Assembly (NCBI GenBank): GCA_951406725.2
Contig: OX597836.1
Span: forward strand, 29,140,001-29,204,000
DNA from: Octopus vulgaris
Taxonomy: Eukaryota
Length of the DNA stretch: 64,000 nucleotides
Direction of reading: 5' to 3'
The position numbers and the translations under genes were made by a program. A model generated the notes under the pieces. The model was not told where the DNA came from and did not search any database. It saw only the letters and a program-made list of their open reading frames with translations. Shown here one piece after another: positions 1 through 10,086 of this stretch; position 1 is the first letter of the stretch, and each line of letters opens with the position of its first letter.

Positions 1-248
1 ATATCCATTGTGTAATTAACTGAAATCAGTTAAAATCCCTCGGGTATTGTTTTCCCCTCTGCATTTGCTCTACAAACAATGCACCTGGCTTCCCTGCTTT
101 ATTTTCCGTTTCTTCCCTTCTTCTCCCATTTCCCCTCCTAAAATCCCAACGATTTGTAGTTTTATTGTTCTTAATAGATGTTCTTGTGGCATTACAGTAG
201 TTGTTTTGTTTTAGATTATATTTCGAAATATCAATATATAATAAATAA

Positions 249-290
<42 letters not shown>

Positions 291-617
291 TATATATCTT
301 GAATTATTATGAAATAATAATGACATGGAAATTATCTCATTTAAGAAGAAAGGGGGAAAAAACCCCCCTAAAACCCAACTTTTGAAATTAGTCATATTCC
401 AAATTCAAACTGCTTGTCATCACATTTTTTCTTGGTTGAAGAAGTCTTTTGACTTTCTTGCTTTCACAACCTAAATTATCGAAATTAATCCCCAAAAAAT
501 AAATGTATTTGGTTTAAAAAAGAAATATATTTGCGTTACAATATACATAATAACTGACCAATTTTTCTTCTTTTAATTTGATTTATATACCCATACAACA
601 TACCACCCATATATACA

Positions 618-639
<22 letters not shown>

Positions 640-656
<17 letters not shown>

Positions 657-859
657 GCACAAACGTGCTAATATACATATACATACTTAGTAATTGTGTA
701 TATGCATACATATATATATATACACACGCACGCACAAACGTGCTAATATACATATACATACGTAGTAATTGTGTGTATACATACATACATACATACATAT
801 ATATATACACGCACGCACAAACGTGCTAATATATATATACATACTTAGTAATTGTGTGT

Positions 860-890
<31 letters not shown>

Positions 891-962
891 CACACGCACG
901 CACAAACGTGCTAATATACATATACATACATAGTAATTGTGTGTATACATACATACATACAC
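640..962. repeat. Minisatellite: about 4 copies of a ~75-90 bp unit (ACGCACAAACGTGCTAATATACATATACATAC..TAGTAATTGTGT) interleaved with (TA)n/(TACA)n
   Basis: The unit CACAAACGTGCTAATATA recurs at about 658, 733, 815 and 901; it explains the low-complexity ORFs 578-1108. Confidence 0.85.
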
Positions 963-2912
963 ACTGGCGGACTTTCGGTATAGCTTTTCAAAACGTGTCG
1001 CCCCCCTCTTCCCTCGCCACTTCCCAGTGGTGTTTTGAAATGCTGAAATGTGGAATTATTATAAAATGTGGGGAAAATTTCCCGGGGAAAAAGCGGAGAA
1101 ATTGCTGATTTATTTATATATGTATGATTTTTTCAAAAGGTCGCCAAGTTTATAATTGAATTCTGTCGCTACTCAGAGTTTTGTCTCTACGCGGGAGCTT
1201 TGAAGTGACAAAGAGATTCGGCATATTCTTTCTGGTGAATTAATAAAATCCCTGATATACACTGAATACCCCCTCGTGTGTATATTCAAATAAACACACA
1301 TGCAGCAAATTTGATATCATCGATTGAAGTTACCCCTAACAAATCCAGCAGACCTACGATCAAAGACATCACAGCCATGGCCATCCCGCCTATTTGGTTT
1401 GTGGATATGTGAGACTATATTATTCTCAGACTTATTTAAGACAGTAATATGTAATTCAGGAGGGATTTAGCTGGCATTTCTAGCTGTTGGGGGGGGTCTC
1501 CGTCATTCACTTAATAGCTTAAGTGACATGGCTTGACCTCTAGAAGTCAACGCTTCATTGTTCTGAAGAAATTTGGTCGAAACGATGCTAATTATTTTTT
1601 TAAAAAATTAAACCTATCTTTATTAAATTAATTTTAACAATTTAGAATGAATGATCTTCCATTGTCTCAAACACTTTTTTTCAAAAATTTAATTCTTGTG
1701 ATTTAATTTATTTAAAAAAAAAAATCTTCAGCACAGATAATCGTTAATTATAATTAGCTCTTTTCTTCTAAATTTCATTTTGATACAAAATATGAATTCT
1801 TCAATATTACTTTTCTCCATGATAATTTTTTAATTTCGAAATCTTTTTTTTTATATATATAATATTTGATTATAATATCGATATTTTACCGAAAAAATGC
1901 CCAAAGATTATATTTTGGCTTTTGTTCGTGAATAGCATCCCCGAGATATAATAAGTGTTTCATTCGACTATATTTTACTTGTTTCACTCATTGGACCGTG
2001 GCCTTGCTGGGGCATTGCGTTGAAGCGTTTAGTGAAGCAAATCGTGCCTCGGTATTTTGAAGTCTGGTACTTATTCGTTACTCTCTTTTGCCGAACAGCT
2101 AAGTTACAGGGATGTAAACAAAACAAAAGCGCTTGTCAAGCAATAGTAGAGTTTTCACACACACACACACATCATCATACGTCCGTTTTTCTATGTTGGC
2201 ATCGGTTGGATGATTTGACAGAAGCTGGCAAACTAAGGAACTGCACCAGGTGCCAATTTTCTGTTTTGGCATGGTTTCCATGATTGGATGCCCTTCCTGA
2301 TGCCAACCACTTTACTGGTGCTTTTTTACATGAAACCAGCACCAATGCTGTTACATAGCGTGGGTGCTTTTTTATGTGGTATCAACACAGGTGTCTTTTA
2401 CATGGCACCAGGACAGTTACTTTTTTCATGTGGCACTGGCATGGGTGGTTTTTTTATGTGGTACCAGCACAGGGACTTTTTACACAGTACCAACATGGAG
2501 ACTTTTTACATGGCACCAGCATAGGGACTTTTTCCATGGCACCGGTACATTCACTGTGCATATGCCTTCCTCTGCCACTTCAAGTCAGGGGTCCTCAACC
2601 ATTTTTTATCCATGGATCCCTTTCATTACTATTTTATTCTGGTGGACCCCTCATGGCCATTTGATGTTTAAGATCTAGTTTTATAGAAACTTCTTTCAAA
2701 ATTCCTTTTTTCACACATTAATTTGTGTAGGTTGAACTATGTAAAATGTTAGAGAAAGAAACCTAGCTGTTTCTTGCAATACATACCAATACATCTAAAA
2801 CAGTGCTTCTCAACCGTTTTTCACCTATGAACCCCTTTGATTACTATTTTACCTGGATGGACCCTCTTAGCCATTCAGTATCGGCCACGTTCAGATAATG
2901 CTTTTTACATAC

Positions 2913-3131
2913 CTATTTCTTTACTAAACACAGAGGAGACAAACAAGGACAGACAAAGGGATTAAGTCGATTATATCGACCCCACTGCGTAACTAATACT
3001 TAATTTATCGACCCTGAGAGGATGAAAGGCAAAGTCGACCTCGGCGGAATTTGAACTCAGAACATAACGGCAGACGAAATACGGCTATGCATTTCGCCCG
3101 GCGTACTAACGTTTCTGCCAGCTCATCGCCT
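2913..3131 (-). mobile_element. tRNA-derived SINE, family 1 (GGCGGCGAGCTGGCAGAAACGTTAGC head; GCCTTTCATCCTTTCGGGGTCGATAAA central domain)
   Basis: Reverse complement of the full-length copies at 18229, 32952 and 63703; Pol III A-box/B-box-like motifs (TGGCAGAAACG, GAGTTCAAATTCC). Confidence 0.85.
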
Positions 3132-3485
3132 TATTTTACACACCACCGACATGGAGGCCAGTGAGGAGGTACTGGCATCAGACACATTCGATTGGTGCTT
3201 TTTACATGCCACTGGCACAGGAGCCAGTCAGGGGACACTAGTCACAGCTACAATGTTTAGAGTATATGTATGAATGAACTGGAGAACAAGAGAGTACATG
3301 ATTAACCTTTTGATATGAACCCACCTAAGACTGTCCTAGTTATGCAATAAAGCATCTTGATATTGTTTCAATCTGCAACAATCTGTGTATCAAGGATTCT
3401 TTCCTTTCTTTCCACCTATCATTGTGGCCCTTCATACTCTGAGTCAAGAAAAAATTTCATTGGAAATATTTGTTAAAACAAGGAT

Positions 3486-3975
3486 TCATCATCATTGTTC
3501 AACCGTGGTCGAGACAATGGAATTTACCATGCTACGCCAGACTTTACGGTCCATCATGGCATTACGGAAGTCCTGTTGCTGGATGCCTGTATCCCTGGAG
3601 ATTACATCAGGGTAGGAGAGTGTGCGCCCTCTGGTATTGCGAGTAGATGGCTTCCAGAGGAGAAGAGTAGAAATTACCTCTTTTTCAGCTCTACAACAAT
3701 GTCCAGCAAACTGTACTCTCTTACCTTTCACAAGAGATGATACAGGTGGTAGTTTCCCATATATTTGCATTTTGGTTGGATGGCGCTTCCACGAGAGATT
3801 TTGAGTTCTCATAAGGAGGCGAGTATAGGTTCCATCCAACCGCCTCTCAAGCTTCTTTGATAACGTCCAGGTTTCTGAGCCATATAGTAGAATTGGTTCG
3901 ACTGTGGCTTTGAAGATTTCAAGTTTGAAGTCTCTACTTAGATTTGATGACCAGATCTTATGCATATCATTACAG
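3486..3975 (-). mobile_element. 5'-truncated RTE-type LINE: C-terminal part of the ORF plus (TGA)n tail
   Basis: ORF 3492-3965 (KLEIFKATVEPILLYGSETWTL...RRLDGTYTRLL...GHCCR...DRKVWRSMV) matches the post-RT C-terminal region of RTE-clade LINEs; short TGATGA tail after the stop. Confidence 0.85.
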
Positions 3976-3978
3976 GAC

Positions 3979-4190
3979 TACCATATTTTTCAGTATACAA
4001 GTCGACATAGTTATATAGTGTAAACATATGGTGTGACCATTCAAACATTGGCACTATCTTTCCAAACCATGTTGCATTTCACATGGAATTTTTGGTCCTC
4101 CAAAGTTGTCTTGGTGTATAAGTTAACTTACCATTTTTTGATTGTAAATTTTGATCTGAAAATTTTGACTTGTATGCTGGAAAATATGGT
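3979..4190. mobile_element. Tc1/mariner/pogo-type MITE; a second decayed copy follows at about 4301-4509
   Basis: Terminal inverted repeats TACCATATTTTTCAGTATACAAGTC / GACTTGTATGCTGGAAAATATGGTA; related sequence at about 35903-36090. Confidence 0.6.
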
Positions 4191-5052
4191 ATGTACAAAT
4201 GTAGGACTGAAGGGTGCAGTTTGAAAGAAATTTAGCTGCTGTTTCTAACAGATCTAGCAGCTGTGTAACTATTATCCTTTGTTAGCTCATGCATACGTAA
4301 AGTATTTTACAATATACAAATCAGTGTTGTATATAGTGTAAACATGTAGCATAAACATTCAAACATTGTCACTGTCTTTCCAAATCCTGTTGCATTTCCC
4401 ATGAGAGTTTTGGTCTGAAAATTTCATCTTGGTGTTCAAGTCAACCTACACTTTTTGGCTGTAAATTTTGAAATGGAAAAATTCGATTTGTATGTTGGAA
4501 AATATAGTATCAATGGTTGGTAGTTACATGGTCATAAAACCAATCTCCTTGCATTGTGTTTTGCCTGACTGCCAGCAACTGTGTTTGTTGACGTAAAAAG
4601 CACCCACTACACTCTCGGAGTGGTTGGTATTAGGAAGGGCATCCAGCCGTAGAAACACTGCCAGATCAGACTGGGCCTGATGCAGCCTTCCGGCTTCGCA
4701 GTCTCCAGTTGAACCGTCCAACCCATGCTAGCATGGAAAGTGGACGCTAAATGAAATGATGATGATGATATTTATTTGTAAAAGCAGCGAGCTGGCAGAA
4801 TCGTTAGCATGCTGGGCAAAATACTTAGTGGCATTTTATCTGTCTTTATGTTCTGAGTTCAAATTTCGCTGAGGTTGACTTTGCCTATCATCCTTTTGGG
4901 GGTCAATAGAATAAGGAACCAGCTGAGAACTGGGGTCGATGTAACTGACTTACCCTCCCCTTCCCAAATTGCTGGCCTTGTGCCAAAATTTGAAACCACC
5001 TGTAAATAATAGATGAAATTATGTGATTGATTTGACATTTACAACTTTGTGT

Positions 5053-5071
5053 TCTTTTCTTTTCTTTTCAG
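5053..5071 (+). other. Probable 3' splice acceptor for the zinc-finger gene coding exon (5' UTR intron)
   Basis: Polypyrimidine tract TTCTTTTCTTTTCTTTTCAG ending at 5071, about 250 nt before the ATG; repeat-free sequence follows. Confidence 0.55.
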
Positions 5072-5324
5072 TGTCTTCCAAATATTGTGATTAGAAGTAA
5101 CAAGAGACAACATTTGTACTTTTGAATTTTGGACTTTTTTTTAGAACTTGAAAAAATTTATTTTGATTTTTATTCTTTTTGTACAAAACAAAGAAAATAC
5201 ATACAACCGCCTCCGAAGCGCGTCATTCAACCAACCATTTTGTCAAATATTCAGGAATCTATTGTTATTCCTTTCCAAAGAATCTACTTAATATTTGGTC
5301 TCCACTGTTTATAGTATAATCACG

Positions 5325-6074
5325 ATGTCACAACTGCTGAGTAACCCACTAGTCTTTGATTATCCTGACAAAAGTTTTGAAAATAAGACCCATATGACCT
5401 CTGAGATTCCTCCAAAGATTAACGTCTCTTCCGACTTTCCCCACATTTGTGGCTTCTGTGGAAAGGGCTATTGCAGGAAAGACAGGCTGGATCGGCACAA
5501 ACTCACTCACTCAGAAGAAAAACCTCATAAATGTGACTTCTGTGGCAAGGGCTACTGCCGAAAGGATCATTTAGACCGCCATAAAATTACTCATTCAGGG
5601 GCCAAACCTCATGAATGCAATTTCTGTGACAAAAAATTTTACCGGAAAGATCACCTCGACAAACACAGACGGACACACCTGGGCGGGAAGTTATATTCGT
5701 GTGAATATTGCGGGCGAACGTTTTCTCTGAAACTAAATCTCGACCAACACAAACTGATTCACACTAATAATGCGCAAGGTGGCAGTAGATCTAAAAGTAC
5801 GACCAACTGCAACGACCCCAGTTCTTCTTATTGCAAGTGCAACTTATGTGGCAAGTATTTCACAGACAAAACTAACTTTGAGCGACACAAGACCACAAGC
5901 AAACCGCAAATGTTCCAGTGCATGTTTTGTGATAAGGCATTTGAGATTGAATGTTTTTTGAACCAACATCTTCAGAGCACCCATTCGTCTATTGCTATCA
6001 ATAACAAAGCCATACAAAAGCAAATAAACAGCTCAGTGAATCTCAACACACCCAATTCTCCATCAAGTGTTTAA
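5325..6074 (+). CDS. C2H2 zinc-finger protein, 249 aa: four tandem fingers, one degenerate finger and one C-terminal finger
   Basis: ORF 5295-6074, first ATG at 5325 (MSQLLSNP). CxxC-x12-HxxxH repeats with TGEKP-like linkers (SEEKP, SGAKP, LGGKL); finger 5 (CNLC...HKTTS) lacks the second His; finger 6 is CMFC...HLQSTH. Confidence 0.92.
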   Translation: MSQLLSNPLVFDYPDKSFENKTHMTSEIPPKINVSSDFPHICGFCGKGYCRKDRLDRHKLTHSEEKPHKCDFCGKGYCRKDHLDRHKITHSGAKPHECNFCDKKFYRKDHLDKHRRTHLGGKLYSCEYCGRTFSLKLNLDQHKLIHTNNAQGGSRSKSTTNCNDPSSSYCKCNLCGKYFTDKTNFERHKTTSKPQMFQCMFCDKAFEIECFLNQHLQSTHSSIAINNKAIQKQINSSVNLNTPNSPSSV

Positions 6075-7280
6075 AAATACATAATATGAAATTCATTAAG
6101 AGTAAATATGTCAGTATGTTAATTGATAAAACTACTCTCTTATTACCAAGCTGCAATCGCCTGACCTCTATAACTGAATGGCTTTCATTATGTTGAGAGT
6201 ATCAACTTAAAATCTATATGTGTGGCTATAAGAATAAGGCCCTTTTATTTGAGGAATTCATTATTAGTGTTGAATCTGTTGCATGGGCTGCTGGTGAGCA
6301 TTCGAGAAACGAAACCCATACCTGAAGTGTCTTGTACCCTTTTTTTAATTAAAAAAAATCTTCATGCAATTCTCTGACAAATTTGGCAGTTGATTGAGAT
6401 ATGCCAGAAACATTGTTAAAAAAGGGGAAATTTGTATGTTTGTGTTTTTTTTGGTTTTTTTTAAATTTTTATTTCCACTTACAAGATCACACTTAAAAAT
6501 CAAGCCTGAAATTATTCTTTAAGTTTTGGAATAATGATCTTTTAAGTTTAAAATAATTCCAGTTCTTTTTTTTTGCTCTCTCTTTCATTTGCGTTTTTGT
6601 TTTTCATTCATTTCAGTCTATTTGTTAAATTGTGAAATGTGTTAGGTACCCTTACTGAAGTCAGGGTACCAGCTGGCAACTGTCCACATAATCATGAGCT
6701 TTAAAAAACATTTTTAAAAACCTTGCCATCCATTCTCTCTGCGCAAGGCACATTTTTATTGAGATTTGGTTACAAATCTTCAATCTTTGAATGATTATTG
6801 AAGGAAATTTCCTACAAATGTGAAAACGCTTGGCTATGCTACCAAAATTGACAACAGGTCTTTCCACTTCTTATAAAACGGGGCAAAACAAAATGAATAA
6901 ACATGAATCAAGTAGCTCTTAAAATACCTTTTGGCGTTTTCTTTTGATCCTTCCAGTGAACTGACTTGAGCTGAACTGACTAGTTTATATGTTTGAATAC
7001 TTTTTAAGCACTACTTTGTTATGTATTGAAACAGTCTACTGAAGTCTACATGACCCAAGTTTTTTTTTTTTTTTGTGATATCAAAATGAAATATACCAAA
7101 CTGCTGAATATTCAGCTTCTATCCATTGCAAACACAATTTTGTTTTGTATTAAGACATTGCATTGAATTTTGAACTACTTTTGATCCCAGCACACATAGC
7201 TGTTTAGAAATAGATGTTGTGCCTGGCTGAAACTCTGCCATCAAAAGGCTAGCTTCCTATCCAGTATGCAATTTATTCTC

Positions 7281-7799
7281 TTACTCTTTTACAACGACAG
7301 GCAATCCTTTACTTAGTTGCTCACCCTGTTTTACAACAGTAGCCAAAGTTTTCCCCACTCCTCAGATCAGACCTTACTACCTTGCCCCCCCCCCCCCAAA
7401 TAAAAGCAAACAGACAAACATTAGATAAAGTTGTCCTTTGTATACCACTGGTGAAAATGACAAGATTGTCATGGCTGGAATGCCTTTGATCCGAGATCAC
7501 CCTGAACCAGGCCCAACTTAGAGCTAAACAGCTCCTCAGATCAGACCTTACTACTCTTTTACGACAGGCAATCCTTTACTTAGTTGCTCACCCTGTTTTA
7601 CAACAGTAGCCAAAGCTTTACCCACTCCTCAGATCAGACCTTACTACCTTGCCCCCCGCCCCCCCCAATAAAAGCAAAGAGACAAACATTAGATAAAGTT
7701 GTCCTTTGTATACCACTGGTGAAAATGACAAGATTGTCATGGCTGGAATGTCTTTGATCTGAGATCACCCTGAACCAGGCCCAACTTAGAGCTAAACAA
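7281..7799. repeat. Tandem duplication of a ~250 bp unit (about 7281-7530 and 7552-7799) with a templated 23-nt junction insert
   Basis: Near-identical copies from ACGACAGGCAATCC to CTTAGAGCTAAACA; junction 7532-7554 equals 7358-7380. Confidence 0.9.
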
Positions 7800-8335
7800 C
7801 AACAGCATCATGAGAGAAAAGCTAAATTCTACCTGTAAAGAACCACTGGAGGCTACTGGAAACTTTTTTTTCTTCAACTAATTTCCATTGGCTGGCAGAA
7901 ATTCAAGCATAGTCTTCATTGATTATGTTATAAGCTGGCCATTTAAGCCAGGCATTCCTGTTGTTGCCAAAGAACCCTGCCTCCCTTTAGCTTGTGTATG
8001 TATATGTGTTTGTGTGTGTGTGCTTATATATATATTCGAATTATGCAACAGAAGCAGCTCTAGAGTAAAATTTTATCTTATAACATTCTTGGGATTAAGT
8101 CTCTCAGAAGTGGCACAAGTAGATGGCATTGACAAGCTGCAAAAACGGTGAAATGCACATCTGTCACTCTTACAGCAATGTCTGAGATGATTTTGTTTTG
8201 CATAGCTCTGAAGTATATTGTGTCTTTTTTAACACAATACATCTAAAAAGGGATTTTTTTCTTAGATGAAAACCACAGCTTCTGGCTTGCCCATGATACA
8301 TACAGGTTGAATATGTTACATATATATATATATAT

Positions 8336-8366
<31 letters not shown>

Positions 8367-9083
8367 TAACACAGGTGAGTACATAAGTGTAAAACAAGGT
8401 GGAAAAAATAGTACTCAAATACCAAAGGTAGAATAATATGCTTTTATTAGAGCTGCAAAATTATCACAAAACAACTGTTTGATAAACAGGAAAGTGAAAC
8501 TGAGTAACAGATTTGTAATAATTTTGCAGCTTTAATAAAAATATATACATATATATATATAATGTTGATTGTAACAAATAGGAGAAAAAGTATTCAGTAG
8601 CGTATTAGTGTGTGCAGTTTATTTAAGGTGATACCACAGTCTTTTATTTTAGAGTATCCCTAATAGGTTCCTGGTTCCTAAGATGTGGATTGAGTGAATC
8701 CTTGCTATTCCTGTCTTACAAACTGGCAACATTTCAAGTTAGTTCCAGAGTAACAAGCTGCTGCGTCTGTCTAAACCCTGTGTGCACATGTGCATGTTCA
8801 CCCATCAGAAATTCAAGGCCCGTCTAGTTGTTCGAGGTGAAGGGTGACTTGATTTGAGTGAAGAAGTGTTCTGCTCTGTCGGCCTCACTCTCTCATCTTT
8901 GTCCATTGTCAAGCCGGTGGCAAGACAACGTCAAGATGACTGGGGCTGGAGACTGATGCAGTGGATGACCAAGATGTTTTGCTCTGCTCTCCACAGTGTG
9001 TTATTGCAGCTGCTTTCCTCTCCATTAAGCCATAAAGGTTTCTTCTATAGAGTTTACTGGATACCGTTTTTCACATGCATATA

Positions 9084-9460
9084 CACTACCGTCAGAAATT
9101 AATTAGCACCCTTGATTTGCTCTTCACTCAAGGTATGTGCTGTCACCTAGTGGCCATATCTCGAACTATTGCTTTGTTGCGAGTTCACTGTTGCGCAGAA
9201 CGATGATGTAACTTTGTTTGCAGAGCAGTTTGAGAGTCTACAGCCTTATGATGTTGACATAGCAGTGCAACAAATTGGAGTGCGGATGCAGACAAATCAA
9301 CCTTTGTTTAATAGATATAGGTAGCGCCTCGCAAGGACCGAAATCACCCCATACTAAGTTTTCTCATCGCGTAAGACGTTTTGAACAGCTCATAGGTTAA
9401 TTGATTTAACCTATTTAATGTAGAAATTTGAGAAGTGCTAATTAATTTCTGACGCAAGTG
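9084..9460. mobile_element. Tc1-like MITE
   Basis: TIRs CACTACCGTCAGAAATTAATTAGCAC / GTGCTAATTAATTTCTGACGCAAGTG flanked by TA on both sides. Confidence 0.8.
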
Positions 9461-9710
9461 TATATATATATATATATATATATATAAATATATGAGCTGG
9501 CAGAATTCTTAGTATGCTAGGCAAAATGCTTACTGGTATTTCATCTGTCGCAATGTTCTGAGTTCAAATTCTGCCGAGGTCAGCTTTGCCTTTCATCCTT
9601 TCGGGGTCGATAAATTAAGTATCAGTTGCATGGTGGGGTCGATCTAATCAACTGGCCACCTCCCCCAAAATTTTGGGCCTTGTGCCTAGAGTAGAAAAGA
9701 ATATATATAG

Positions 9711-10086
9711 TGGAGGTGCAATGGCCCAGTGGTTAGGGCAGTGGACTCACGGTCATATGATCGTGGTTTTGGTTCCTAAGCCATGCATTGTGAGTGTTTA
9801 TTGAGCGCAAACACCTAAAGCTCCACGAGGCTCTGGCAGGGGGTGGTGGCAAACCCTGCTGTACTCTTTCACCATAACTTTCACTCTTTCTTCCTGTTTC
9901 TGTTGTACCTGTATTTCAAAGGGCCAGCCTTATCACACTCTGTGTCACACTGAATCTCCCCGAGAACTATGTTATGGGTACACGTGTCTGTGGAGTGCTC
10001 AGCCACTTGCACGTTAATTTCATGAGCAGACTCTTCCATTGCTCGGATCAACTGGAACCCTTGTCGTCGTAACCGACAGAGTGCCA
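9711..10086 (+). mobile_element. tRNA-derived SINE, a further family (TGGCCCAGTGGTTAGGGCAG head)
   Basis: tRNA-like head; its body (GGGCCAGCCTT..CACACTCTGTGTCAC..GAGTGCTCAGCCACTTGC) recurs at about 12606-12915, 16880-17150 and 32405-32660. Confidence 0.7.

Noticed and set aside
640-962. Regularly spaced repeats superficially like a CRISPR array
   Set aside because: The spacers are (TA)n/(TACA)n variants rather than unique sequence, the context is eukaryotic, and there are no cas genes.
5295-5324. ORF-track start at 5295 for the zinc-finger gene
   Set aside because: It is a TTG; the first ATG is at 5325.
8805-8850. Frame reading KFKARLVVRG, like the copia RT motif
   Set aside because: A stop follows within 3 codons and there is no flanking RT similarity; chance or too decayed to call.
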